Of a stretch of 64,000 bases of DNA, positions 1 through 12,482 are shown in pieces. The notes under the pieces were generated by a model. That model made no database searches. It worked only from the letters and a program-made list of their open reading frames with translations, and was not told the origin of the DNA. How positions within the stretch are numbered: the first letter of the stretch is position 1; the number at the start of each line of letters is the position of its first letter. This stretch comes from Marsupella aquatica. Its lineage: Eukaryota; Plantae; Marchantiophyta. The stretch covers positions 15,988,699 through 16,052,698 of the forward strand of contig OZ316894.1 of NCBI GenBank assembly GCA_973895155.1. Reading direction: 5' to 3'. Position numbers and translations under genes: made by a program.

Positions 1-3000
1 AGCAGCTTGCTCTCAGAACTGTGAGTACCCATTACCCCTTCACACTCAATAATCTGCTTCTCCCAGGGCTCGAGCTCAACACGGACGAAGGCCAGCCGTT
101 CACGATACTTTTCGACTTCAACTGCGAAGAAAATAGCATAGCTCATGAGGTTCAATCTAAGAAGGTTCACGAGAGTGGCTACGAGGGAATTGACAAGAAT
201 TACGATAAGTACGTTTGGAATATTCGATGGTACAGCAGAAAGTTGAATGGGCAAAGCAACGAAAAGCCAGGGGAATCTCCGCAATTCGACAGGAAATTCA
301 CCATCACAAACCATCAAAAAACTTGCTACAATTACTACAGCAATGGCAGTGTTTAATTTCAAGCCAAGGGGATTATGCATCGCTCACTTTCTTTACTTGT
401 AAGCATCCTCACATTACCAACAACGTTTAACGCGGGCAGGGGTATGGGCTCACCCTTTGAACTTTCTCTAATTTGGTCCAACTTTTTCTCCTCCTGAATC
501 AGTTTAATGTTCAAGTTGTAGGTATCTTCCTCTAGGTTTGGTATTGCAGTTTGACATCCTTCGGTCTCCACTTCCAATTCTTCAACCTTCGCTGTGTCCT
601 GAAAACAGAAATTCGAATACATGGAGTTCGATGCTCACTGTGGTAACGCAGAATGAGGAAGCGGGAACTAGTTAACAGGACTAGACCCTGAAGCAGCCTG
701 GAGTCTCGATGTTTGGCAAAGACTAGTGGATCAGACAGTGTCGTGAAGACACGAGAGAACTAAAAGAATATGCAAGAGAAACAGCTATTATTCTGATCTA
801 AATTGCACCTCATTGACGATTGAAACTTATGGCGCCTGACCTTGGTAATTTTTTCATCGAGCTTCTTGAGTTTCTGCTTCAGATGTTTGAGATCTTCCCG
901 ATATTTTGTATCTTGCCTCTCGAACTTTTTGAACTTCTCTTCGCATGCTTTCAGGTCCGTCTCCACCTTCTAGTAACAGTGGGCGGAGAAAGTCTAAGAA
1001 CGCCGAAACAAGATGGCATAGAGCAGAATGCCCGAGCTCAACAAGTTACTCGACAACGGCTACGACTTGGACATTTCGGTGTGCGCTAGCGATACACAGA
1101 ATTCAGCGTTGAGAGCTTAGTCTGAGCTCCAGCGGGTTGATCGTAAGGTACCTCTCTCCGTTTCATCTGCTCGTTGAAGGTGGCCTCCGCCTCCAGCATA
1201 TCCTTCGAGGAAATTTCAAAATTTTGCCTGGGTCCGCAAAAGAAATCTATTGGAATTATGTAAAATTAAAAACAAATTCAGGTAATACGAAAATCCCTCG
1301 GCCAGAGTTGGTGAAATTATCGTAAGTAGACATAATTGATACGGCAATTGGTCTTACCGTTCAGTCGAGACCTTTGCCTCAAGCTCGGACACTAGCTCCT
1401 TCACAAGCACAGCGTTCATACTGGCTTCCTCATGCGCCAAGTCGGTCGTTTTCACTTGCCATTTCAAAAGCTCTGCTTCTTTCAGCATGTATGCTTCTGC
1501 CTGGTCCTTCGCACCCTGCACCCTCCTTGGCGAAGCGAATTTTCAGATGTTGCATCGAACGGGAGAAATGCTATTATTGAACTCACAGGTTGCTCGGCAT
1601 TGAACAGAAATTAGATACCTGAAGCCCGTCTTTCTCTGTCTCCGATACTTTCACCCTCTGTACCACACTGAACCTTTTCTCATTTAAAGCTTCGAGCCTG
1701 AATCACAAATCGATTTGTGCACTATCAAATCAAAGCAGGATCCACGGACTTTAAGGCTGATTAAACAGAACCACGTTCCAGAGCTCGGGAAGTGAGAAAA
1801 ATTGAACAACCTCCTGACATTAGACAAACGCATTGACGAACGTGGTACGATACGTTACTTACTGTTTATTCATCTCCTCTATTCTCTCGACGTATACGTT
1901 GGATCCTATGATATCCTCCAGATATTCAAGAAATCCTTCGTCATTCGAATTTTGGCCCCTAGGCTTCATTAACGATATTTGTTCCACCTCACCCTGAGGA
2001 ATGTCACACATACAATTCATTCAAGACTTGACGTGTAGCCGTCGTAAATCGGTAAACATGGGTCGGTCACAGGAGATCAACGCCACATTATAGTGTCCGG
2101 TCAAGAATACGGAATGCACCCAATGACACGAACTTGGATTCCTACTAGGTTGGGGCGAAACAGGGTTACCTGCAGTATAAGGAACCTATTATTGTCGAGA
2201 TCCACCCCTTTTGCCCGTAATTTCTTGCCGACCTCCGTGAAGGTACTAGAACGATCATTGATGTAGTACTTCGATGAGTTGTCACGAAAAGCTACACGTG
2301 TGATCACAAATTCGGTCCCGGGAACTGGCTGGAAATTCTCGCCGTCCTACTCAGACGAGTCAAGGGTGTTACGGCGAGGATCAGGTTATTGGGTGCTGAT
2401 ACAAATATCAAGACACTGAGACTTGCATAATTGAGACGAAAACAATGACAGAAGTAGACGAGTAGAACTGGTCAGACATCGCTGGGTCGATCTAAAGTAC
2501 GAGACAAGTAACACAAGACATTTCCAATAACACTACGATTGTAAAAACTGAACTCATTTAATTGCCGTGAAGTGAAGTGCAGAGAACTCCTACCAAGTCA
2601 ATGATCTCTTGAAAATGAACAGAGACTCGGGCTTTGTCCAAATTTTGATGATTAGTTGAGTTGTGAATGAGCTCTGACACTTTGTTCAAGCGCATCTAAA
2701 GGAGTCCACAGTACACGAGACAATGTTAATTGTGTGTAAGGCAACACTACAATCCAGAATGAATGAAGCTACGCTTCGAGGATCGTCACCCTAAACGCGG
2801 CGATCGATCAAATTTGTACTCGTTAGGTAAGCATGTAGGCATGCGAGCATAGGTGAATTGACATGAGGGACAATTAACTCACCTGCTTAGCGCGCTTGCC
2901 AAATACGAACAGCATAGCATCGATGACGTTACTCTTGCCGCTCCCATTTGGTCCAACTACTGCTGAGAAACACTGAAAACGGCGAAACAAGACGCAGGCA

Positions 3001-3381
3001 AGATATGAGCGAATTAGAGACCCACATTTCGTCCGGGAAAACGCAATTTTCTCATAAATCTTCATACCAGAAGAGTAATGACAAGCAAGTGCAATACAGT
3101 TCTTCATGTCCAGCACCTCTTCAGATGCATCGAACCGCAGCCAACAGGTGAGGAAGTAAAACACCAGCACATGCATTGGTGAGACAGAACTCGGTCAGCA
3201 GCTTCAGAGCAAAGAGCAAAGAGCAATACTCCAAGAATACCTTGTGGAAGGGACCGACGCGCTGCTCCCCAGCGTAAGATTTGAAATTCTCCATTACCAT
3301 CTCCGTGATGAACAACCGAGGTTCATCGCGGGGCCGAGCTGGATTAGGCCGAGCGGAATCGTCATTGCTAGGAGCCACCAT
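1..3381 (-). CDS. SMC4: Structural maintenance of chromosomes 4 (condensin subunit), 5' portion; multi-exon, continues beyond the left edge of the window
   Basis: GT-AG exons approx. 3381-3241, 2972-2883, 2695-2594, 2346-2170, 1993-1863, 1697-1619 and 1515-1358, then further exons near 1230-1150, 970-840, 600-450 and 121-1. Spliced product: MVAP...LFITEMVMENFKSYAGEQRVGPFHK/CFSAVVGPNGSGKSNVIDAMLFVFGKRAKQ/MRLNKVSELIHNS.../...GVDLDNNRFLILQ/GEVEQISLMKP...GFLEYLEDIIGS. This is the SMC4 N-terminal ATPase half (Walker A GPNGSGKS, Q-loop) followed by coiled coil. Confidence 0.96.
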
Positions 3382-3580
3382 CGAGGATGCTCGAAACCTT
3401 CCAGTGATCGAATGTGAAACCGGTCCTCTTTCTGGTACCCTTTACCTTCTTCTCCTGATGAAGGCGGGAAAGCACAACTGGGGGTATTCAAATGACCTCC
3501 CCGTGCATTCCAGCCTTCCAGGCATGTCAGGGCCCCACCATACTGCTCTGCCTGCCCGTCCCTGGTACCCACCGTTCTAC

Positions 3581-3951
3581 TACGAGGGCGTCTCAAACTT
3601 GCTCACTCCAGTGTTCTTGTCTTCAGTCATTCTAAGAAACCTAAGTCGGCTATTTAGAACCAATATCCAACTTTTGGTCCAATTTAATACACAGGTTTCA
3701 GGTTTGAGATGGGTTTCAACATGCTCCCGCAGTCAGCTGGGCGTTGACAATTTTAGAAGGGTCGCTGACAATTCTTGGAGGGCGCCGACACATATTGCAC
3801 AAAGCAACTTATGGTGCTGAGGGCAGTGAGTTCACTAACCGAGTTACTGACAGTCACCTTTTGCGGGAACCACATATTTTTGGTCCGTGACCCAGTCTGC
3901 AACATTTTGGTCACAGGATCCGGGAATGAGCTGGTTTGAGATGCCCTATTA
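3581..3951. mobile_element. TA-flanked MITE (Tc1/mariner-Stowaway-like), ~370 bp
   Basis: Left end TA-CGAGGGCGTCTCAAAC (3581-3598) and right end GTTTGAGATGCCCTAT-TA (3934-3951) form imperfect terminal inverted repeats (TIRs). No coding capacity. Lies ~200 bp upstream of the SMC4 ATG. Confidence 0.55.
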
Positions 3952-4039
3952 GGGGGTGTCAATATCCATGATGACCGGGTTTTTGGCAGTCTGTGACACA
4001 TCATCCAGGGCCGCAGGCAAAGTGGGGACTATCTTCACT

Positions 4040-4295
4040 AGCTTGATTACACTTTCCTTGAATCTATCTCTAAATAGAGATGAAACAAAAACAGAATTCA
4101 TAATTTCCATTCCATTCATCCTTGTCCCCATCCTTGTTTTGTGTATAGACTTTCATTTATCCCCTTAGAGTCATGGTTTAAGGGTTTGAGTTTTTTATAT
4201 TTTTGTCCCCTTGGTTTGGGGTTTGAGGCTTCACTCTAGAAAGTAACCCTAAAGTAGGTTTAGATTGCACTTTATTGATAAGATGCAATGCATTG
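4040..4295. repeat. Dispersed non-coding repeat; a second, inverted copy lies at ~62060-62290
   Basis: Shared collinear words, e.g. GAGGCTTCACTCTAGA (~4225) vs TCTAGAGTGAAGCCTC (~62116), and TTCCTTGAA...TAAATAGAGAT (~4053-4081) vs its reverse complement at ~62246-62270. Confidence 0.5.
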
Positions 4296-5062
4296 TTACA
4301 CTTTTAATTTTGTTATAAAATACAGGTTACCTATGTGTAACCATTTCAGGATGTACTTGCTCTTTCCATAACCTCTTGCCCAGAAACTCATGATTGGTAA
4401 ATGTTTTGGGGATAATAATTACGAATATAAAAGAGGTGTAAGGAGAGGGTCTAGCCTCAACCCTGCTCCCCTAATGCTTGGAAAAGCTCCCCAACAATCA
4501 GACAACTTTTATTCACTTTCTAGTCAGAAAGTTTTAGGTTGGTAACCCTAACCAAGATAGTCATAATCCTGTATGTAAATGCGATAGGGAGTACAGGTTA
4601 CTGGTGTGTAATCATTGCTATTTCTACAATCGAGTGCTTGAAAACTCATGATCAGTCACTTTGTGTCACCTCACATTTAGGTGATGTAAGGATGGTTTGG
4701 GTTGGGGTTCTAATCTGAACCATGCTCTTCACTTTCTGGTCACAGGGTTACAACCTAGTAATAACTTGCATAGACCGTCATTATCCTATACTTACCTAGC
4801 TCATGTCCTGCCCTCCATTGCATTCACTTTTGTCATAGTTGTCCGTGTAGGATAATCGAGGACTAATGGGCTGAAATTTGTTACTAAAGTTGTGATGGGA
4901 CTTGACAATGACCCTAGACCCTGTTTTCTATTATGTATATATTGTAGACAGTATTGTATGAAATATTGTCAAAAAATGAATCCATGTGGTGTGACCACAA
5001 ACCTATGGTCATGGGCTTGGTTAATATTGCACCACATGCATCCAATCATGCACTGTTGTTCC

Positions 5063-6478
5063 TGTTAGATATTGCTCTGATATCACTTGTTGAGCAAAGA
5101 CAACATTCGCAACGGCAAGCCCATCTATACGTTTTGGAGGGTGGTGTAGTCTGTGATGAAGCCAATGTAACCTTATCTCATGAGGAGACGACCCGGCTGT
5201 GGCGCTTCACATTTCAAGTTATCATCAGTTTTCTCTCCTACGGATGCTGTGGAGAAAGGTCTGATGGTTAAGATTCCTTATGAGAAGGCAGTAAGCAGTC
5301 TGATGTATTTGATGACTTGTACTAGGCCTGACTTGGCCCTAGCGATAGGCAAGGTCAGCAGATTCATGTCAAATCCAGGGAAGGTACATTGGGAAGCTGT
5401 AAAGTGGATTCTCAGGTATGTGAAGGGAACACAGGACTATGGATTTCTATTTGATACCAGATCAGATAGAACATTAATTGGCTATGTAGATTCTGATTAT
5501 GGAGGCTGTTTGGACACAAAGAGGTCTACAATTAGTTTTGTATTTACTCTTGGAGGAGGATGTATCTGTTGGAAATCTACCTTGTAGACGTGTATATCTC
5601 TGTCTATTACAAAAGCAGAGTATGTTGCAGCCGTAGAAGCATCAAAGGAAACAATTTGGTTGGACAAGTTGATTGCGGAGATGGGTTTAGAGCATGGAAA
5701 AATGTCTCTAAACTGTGATAGTCAGAGTGCTCTTCACTTGGCTGCTAACCAGGTGATGGATAGCAGGGTGAAGCACATTGATATTAGGTACCATTTTATC
5801 AGGCAACAATGTCTAATAAAACTTTTGAGTTAGTCAAGATTGATGGAAAGCTCAATCCCGTTGATGCCTTTACCAAAGTGATTCCTTTGGAGAGTTTCTC
5901 AAGACACCGTGCTACTTTGCAGGTTTTGCAGTTGTAGCACAAGTAGAGTTATTTAGCAATGTGTGACTATTTGTATATGGATTACTCATTCCTGTTTGGC
6001 TACGGCTTAGTTCTAGTTAACCCTTGTGATTTTTAGGGGGAGACCTGGTTTGGTGATTGTCTAGAACTTCCCGGTGAGGATTCCATATGGTAGCATTTAG
6101 TCCAATCCCCAAGACAAGAGTCAAGGGGGAGTTTGTTAGATATTGGTCTAGTCTTGTGACTCATGAGCTAACTATAGTTAGGCTAACTCGGGTTAGGACT
6201 TAGCTAATGTTAGCGGTAGTGCTGTTGTGTATATAGCAAGGGCTGATGCCAGACCTTGGATGAAACTTAGGTTCATTGTTACGGAGCTAGTTGAGAGATA
6301 GGGAGAGCTTGCGCTGTGGATGCTTGGTATGGCCGTTCGGTCTAGAGTGCAGTAAAGTTATTGTGTGTTCCCGTGGACGTAGTCTCATGTGGAGATGAAC
6401 CACGTATCTCTCTGTGTCGACTCTTGTGCGTTGGATGGTTCATGGGCTTGTCGTTGCGAATGTCGTCTTTGCTCAACA
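5063..6478 (+). mobile_element. Internally deleted and rearranged Ty1/Copia LTR retrotransposon with 5-bp TSD GTTCC
   Basis: RT end and RNase H at 5270-5930 (IPYEKAVSSLMYLMTCTRPDLA...HWEAVKWILRY...GYVDSDYGG...CDSQSALHLAAN...KHIDIRYHFIR, with stops and frameshifts). Polypurine tract (PPT) AAGGGGGAG at 6123-6131. 3' LTR TGTTAGATATTG...GCTCAACA at 6134-6478. A 5' LTR stub TGTTAGATATTG at 5063. GTTCC flanks both sides (5058-5062 and 6479-6483). Confidence 0.9.
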
Positions 6479-7850
6479 GTTCCTTGCCTTTGGCCATTCA
6501 ATCTCTTGTACACTGAAACCAAATTATCATTATGCTGCAAATTTTGCTTTGGCCCCAAATGTTTTTCTTTTCTGTCGATATCTTGTTCTGTCGGCTAGTA
6601 TCTGCTATGTATGACTTTGGAGAAGTTGCAATTTCAGGCGTTTGCGCATGTGGTATAATGGCTCCCATTTGGGAGACCTCAAGATCACACCCCCTTAGAT
6701 CATCCGCCGGAGTGCCCTGCATCAGGCACCAGCTGGCATACATAAGATTTTTACCAGCTTGCAGGCAATTTCACTTATTGTCACAATCCTAATTTTTTTG
6801 TCAACCAGATTATTGTAAACCCATAACCTTTCCCAACAACAATATTCCTTGTTTTTCCAAGTCACCATTCACCTTTTGGTAGTGCTGCGAAATAAGATCT
6901 ACGCTGGTTCGCTTGCTGTATGTCTGCCAGGATGTCTGCATCTGCGACATGGTCATCATTCCATATTTTTAATGTCAAACTTGGGGTACCAGGCTCTACT
7001 TTGGTCCCCTATTTTTGTAAGCAATAATTCTGGTTGAAGTTGTGACAATGTTCATTAAGTTCTCTTTTCAAGCAGGTTGTGATCTTGATTTGCAAATGTA
7101 AAATACCCAGGGCCAATAGATATCATCTCTTCAAAGTCCACAATCCTGATAGTATACCTCAAGACTGACTCAATCCCCACGTGTTGCAAAGAAGAAGCCA
7201 TTGTTCAAAAGATGTCAATGCAGAAGAGATGTTGCTACACAAAATATGTTGTTTGCTGAACAGATGACATTGCACAAGACATGTTGCAAAACAGAAGTTG
7301 TTGCAAAAGTGATGTTATTGTGTGTAGGATAGTCTAGTTGACTCTTCTCCAATCTGCGAGGGCCATAGTCCCGAACTCTGGCTTTTTAGTGAACTATGAA
7401 GAAAGCATCAGGTTATTCAGTTTTAGCTAAGTGGATTTTCTGTCCATTGTCAGCAGAGTAGAGGGAATGATGCGTGATAACTTGACAATTTTTTTATCAA
7501 GAATCATAAGAATCTCAGTTGTAGCACCTGTCTATCACGATAATAGCAGAAACATTGATCTCGAATTTAGGGTAAGAGCTACAATGATTATGCAAATAAA
7601 ACCCGAACCTTCAAAGAGCTTAATGGGCAAGGATTGTTTTCCCAGCTTTGTATTTTCTCACTCCCTCTCACCGTTTTCAAGTAAAGAACAGTTCCGATCC
7701 TTCAATGAAGAGGCAGTCTTCATGGAATTCTTCAGCAGTAATGCTGGTTGAAGCCGAGACAACATTCACTAAGTTCTTTCTTTGAGAAGGAGCTGATGGG
7801 CTCACTATTTGCAGAGGAAAGCTACCCAGAATCAATTGATATCATTTTTC

Positions 7851-8078
7851 AGAGTGCACAATCCTAATAATACAAGATATCCATATCTCATGATGTACAT
7901 CCCATAACATCTGACGAGTCCTATAATACTCAGATTTGCGATGGTGTGACCGAACTCAACAGTTAGCACATCACTTCATAGTGCGCAATCCTAATATTAT
8001 ATCTCAAGATGTACAAACTATAACATCTGACGAGTCCTATAACGCTCAGATTTGTGATGGCGTGACCAAACTCACCAG
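7851..8078. repeat. Imperfect tandem duplication, ~120-bp unit x2, downstream of GEMIN2
   Basis: ATAACATCTGACGAGTCCTATAA..CTCAGATTTG.GATGG.GTGACC.AACTCA.CAG occurs at ~7904-7961 and ~8020-8078. Confidence 0.8.
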
Positions 8079-8295
8079 ATCCGCTGGACTTCTGGCTGCT
8101 TCTGGTTGGCATTACAGAATAGCAGACGGTGACCTACCTCTATCTGAGAATCACTTAGTCAACTTTCGCGCGCAACAATAGTAGGACACACATGGCAGGT
8201 AGAAAGTATTCACACTCAGATTACATAAAAGATTGTGCTCATGGACATCACCGTCACAAACCCATCAAATTCAGACACAGCAACTGCTAGGGCAA

Positions 8296-11200
8296 TTATG
8301 CTTCTGCTTGTCCAAAGTAGACACCGGCAACTGTAATTACCACATTCAAGAGGTAAAGATCCTCGTCATCTCTTGTTTGCTTCAACGCTCTCACGCCTGA
8401 ACAATGTCTCAACATGGCACGAAAGGCAGCACTAGTTTGGGAATCAAGAGGCACGTCTACCACAGCCGAGAGAGCTAAAAGCCAAAGCGCTCGGTCTCTA
8501 GGTAGTCCATCCACATTCTCCAGCCAAGATACATGATGTCTAAACAGAGCAGCTCGAGAAACTTCATCCAGACACAGCAGTAGGTGTATGAAAGGAAGCT
8601 GTGAAACTCCAACCAGCTGAAAAACTTTGTTGAAAACTTCCTCTAGTGGTCCATCAATCCTGAATTCGGTGATGTGAGCGGACGCATCCAAGTTTTCCTC
8701 AGGCTCATCCACTAAAACATTTCCAGAGCGGAAAATCTCCAAGCCAATTAGTGAATCCCTGAAGTCAGCAGTTGGCAGGTCGACATCGTCAATCTCGGGG
8801 ATATCAGTATCAGAAAAAGACGGCAGTGTAGCTTCCATCTCACCTCGGAAACCTTCAGGGTCTCCAATGGTTAAGGAGTCCACATGAGAATCAATCCCGC
8901 TATAGAACTCACCAAATTCCCCTTCATCAAGAGTCCAATCCTCCCCACCTAACGACGTCATGAAGTCTGCAGTCTCCGAGTGGTCATCTTCACGTTCAAC
9001 TACCGCAAAGGTAGAAGACAGTTGTGTGGATTGAACTGCATGTTCTGTATCCTCAAATCCTCTAGTAAATGGACAATTGCCTTCGGTCTCAATTCCAGTA
9101 AATGACTCCAGATCTGCGTGAGCAACAGCAACAGTGTGATCATGAGATCCAGTAGAACCACAGAAGTCAGCAGTCATCAGCTGGTCCCTTTCGATGTAAC
9201 CTGGAGGAGGATGAGAAGACAGTGGCCTCATGCCTTCGTCGTCACCAGGTTCTCCGATGGTCAGGTGCTCGAAATGATTGATGATTTCAAAGGATGAACC
9301 GTCCACATTACCCACTTCCGTGAGATTGGCCCTTTGCGAGTCGAATGACTTTGCACGTTGTCCTAGACCATCGTCAGGCTCAGATATGCCGGTAGAAAAA
9401 GCAGCAGTCCCAACTTCAATGTCATCGTCAGCCTCCGGAGACTCCCCATTGATCAAATACACAGATTCGTTAAATAAATACTCCGGCTCACGAGTAGGCA
9501 CGTATTCAGTGATCAATCCGAGGTCAATCACGTAGCTTGACTCTATAGACCCTGCATGGAACAGGGGTTCAATTTTGGACTCTACTAGTTCTATGAAAGG
9601 CTCTAAAAGTTCTTTCTCGTTCAAATATTCTGATCTATTTTCTATGGCTGTAAATTCACGGTCGTTTTTGGCAGACTCGACCGACGGCAGTAGTGATGTT
9701 TCAGCCTCAATTACGCTTTCTTCGTTTCCAGGTTCTGCTGTTAACTCCTTCGTCGTGACCGTATCAACTTCCTTGGGTTCCTCATCCTGCAGTGACGTTG
9801 TAGATCCAAAACACCGCATCTCCCAAGCTGCTTTATTGCGTAGAGAGGGAATTCGCTCTGCTGTGGGTGGGGCACTTATATTGGACAGAGCCTGCGCAGA
9901 ATGCAGGAAATGATTGAAAGTCAGTCAAATCACGGAATCAACAACATGGATAAATAGGAAACAGAACCCGCGAAAAGAATATGTCGAAGGCAGGAAAGCT
10001 ATGACTCGAATGTTGGACAGAACAAATAACGCACCATCCTCAGCAACGAGAAATCCCCTAAAAACTGGTTCTCCCACTCCTTCGACGGACGCAAATCCAA
10101 AGGACACTCTGGAATCTCTGGCAGTTCTGGCATGTATGGTGTCTGTTCTGATACCAACTTTGCCGGGTCGATCTCTGCCACCACTACCTTCGGACACCGT
10201 GCAGCTTCATATCTGGTGATCAAAGTTATCAACAATAGACGTCAATAGTCTTTCAAACATACCTGACAGATACAAAAGCGCATGACAAGCATTTCGACTT
10301 CACGATGAGTCCGGGGACAGATGACACCAACACATGCAAGGACTGTTGACGAATTTTAGACAGATGCCTGCTCATGGAGATCGAAGACCTTCGTAGTGCA
10401 GAAGTTGGTTGCAAGCCTGACTTACTTAACGCGGCGTAGGTATTCCCATCCATCCACAGGCTCCCCGGATTCAAAATCAGGTTCACCTTCCACAGCAAAA
10501 GCTTGGGGCTGAAAACTCTCCACTTCAGGCAGGTCTTCGTCGTAGAATGACTCAGAATTTCGTAAACCCTTTGCTCCGTGTCTTCGCCTCCCGATATTCT
10601 CATTGACTCTACGCAAGCTTGCATCCGACGAATCCTCGAGAAGATTGGGATCTTCTTGATGTTCATCTTGGTCTGACCCTGCAGTGGTAACAGAGTATGA
10701 ACAGCTTGGTCCATGAACTCAACCCAAGTGGCCTCGACTGGTCTTCATGCCATGACACTACCAGAAATAAATACAAACCTTTAATTCCTGACACGACGGT
10801 TACTCTACCAACGTTACGTCTCTATCTTGAGACAGGTCAAGGGTTTATGTCAGAGAGCAATCAATGCATAATCCACAAATTTCCAAATTGCGGGTAGGGA
10901 ACCAGATTGACCGGTATCCAACAGAAATTATGGCTAACGATCCACCTAATTTCCTGCGATTGATGTGTGAGAATTGAATCACCACAGAACGCTGTGCAAT
11001 TTTCAGTTTATCCGCTGGTCGCAAGCATACGATTCAACACACCTGATCAAACTGTTACTAATTCGTTTGAGAGAATTTTCTGACTGACAATCTACATGTA
11101 TTGAGAATTGGACCCCCGGAAAACCCTCTGTAGTTACAGTTCATCCGCTGATCAGGAGACAACAATGAGATTCATTCTAACGCAGTTGTCGAAAATACAT

Positions 11201-11540
11201 ACCTAAGGCGTTCAAGTGGTCGAAAATACATACCTAAGGCGTTCATGGAGACTGTCTTTAGGGCCTCGCGTTTTGCCTTGCTGCGTAACCGCCTCTCGCT
11301 GTTCTTGCTTCTTCGCCTCAAATGGCTGGATTCTGGAATTGCGAGCAGCTCCTCAAGCTCATCCGCGATTTCTGGGCCCAAATCCTTGAGATGCTGCATC
11401 CACCATTCCTCGTGCTGCAAGTGCCCCCCAAGTGCGGTGTGCTGCAACCTCAAGAGCTCGTCCCTGTCATACCGGAAAGGGCCAGCCGGCCTTTTCAGCT
11501 GCCGGTGACAAGCTTCAGGCTCACACTCGTCGTCTGCCAT
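8296..11540 (-). CDS. GEMIN2: Gemin2 / SMN-interacting protein 1 (SIP1) family protein with long acidic insertion; 4 coding exons
   Basis: Phase-consistent exons 11540-11234, 10678-10426, 10212-10035 and 9891-8296. Motifs PAFAVEGEPDF-like (QAFAVEGEPDFESGEPVDGWEYLRRVK/YEAARCPKVVVA), PSKEWENQFLGDF, and C-terminal WLLALSAVVDVPLDSQTSAAFRAMLRHC...LNVVITVAGVYFGQ match the Gemin2 family. Confidence 0.9.
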
Positions 11541-11879
11541 CGACGAACTTTAAGCCCTCACCAGACGAGCAAACAATCACTCGACACGGCCACTATAAAA
11601 TTCAATTCGCCTCAAACGACTCGGAACCCCTAAACCCCTAAACCCATTTCGTCCAGACTAGTCGGGTGCCATTTTATTCATACTTTCACGATAAAGAATC
11701 GGGTGCACATGCTACAGCGAAGCGGTTGAATCCTCGATTTGAAGTTCCCTCCCACTGCTGTGCTGAAGGTTGGGCCGTCCCTCGCCACCTCCTTTCGCTA
11801 TTGCTTGCAAGAAACTAAGGGAGACTAACAACAATTCTACTTGTGAACAGAACAGTAGACAGAGCTTCGTAGATCGCAT

Positions 11880-12003
11880 TAGGGCGGGTCAAAGATATGG
11901 CCTAAAGAGCTACAGTACATAAATACAAGCCCCATAAGAATCTTAAGTCCAAAAAGTTTCAGCCCATAAGCCTTTGCTTAGGGCCATAGTTTGACACACC
12001 CTA
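11880..12003. mobile_element. Short TA-flanked MITE (~124 bp) upstream of GEMIN2, carrying a site II-like AGCCCA motif
   Basis: TA-GGGCGGGTCAAA ... TTTGACACACCC-TA imperfect TIRs, related to the termini of the 3581-3951 element. AGCCCATA at ~11961. Confidence 0.5.
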
Positions 12004-12239
12004 TTTCATAGAGTCCGCACTCTGCATACAAGACTGGCAATAGTAGGTTGGGTGTGCATGTCACCAACACCATTGGCGGTCAAAGGGCGACTGTGGTCAA
12101 CTAGGCTTCGAGTTGGTCTCAAACATTGGGGCGTGTCCAAAGAGGGCCATAAGTGAGGTACTCCTATGGACATAAAATGATTTTAGCGTTGGGACACAAA
12201 TCTTTCTGGGCTGCCTGTATATGTGCCCCCAAAGGATCA

Positions 12240-12482
12240 GACTCTACCTATATTGTGGCCCGCAAGGATCAGACGTCTAAGAAGCCACGGCCATAAGACC
12301 TTGCTTATGGCATTGCTTTAACATGCCTTACTCCTTTCTTATTAGAGAGTCTCAAAATGGAGACTCTACCTATATTGTGCCGCGCAAGGATCAGACGTGT
12401 AAGAAGCCACGGCCAGAAGACCTTGCTTATGGCATTGCTTTGACACACTTTATTACTTTAGTATGTGAGATTCTCAAAATGG
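12240..12482. repeat. Tandem duplication, ~121-bp unit x2
   Basis: AGACTCTACCTATATTGTG...CAAGGATCAGACGT..AAGAAGCCACGGCCA.AAGACCTTGCTTATGGCATTGCTTT...TCTCAAAATGG at 12240-12360 and 12361-12482. Confidence 0.85.

Noticed and set aside
3281-3820. 179-aa plus-strand ORF, and its mirror at 20786-21133
   Set aside because: Antisense to SMC4 exon 1 and running into a MITE; no domain features.
7400-7800. Possible decayed coding sequence downstream of GEMIN2
   Set aside because: The minus-strand frames examined are interrupted by stops, the 106-aa plus-strand ORF (7431-7751) shows no motif, and no family was recognised.
11624-11645. Telomere-like AAACCCCTA repeats upstream of GEMIN2
   Set aside because: Only about 2.5 variant units; at most a telo-box-like promoter motif, not an interstitial telomere.
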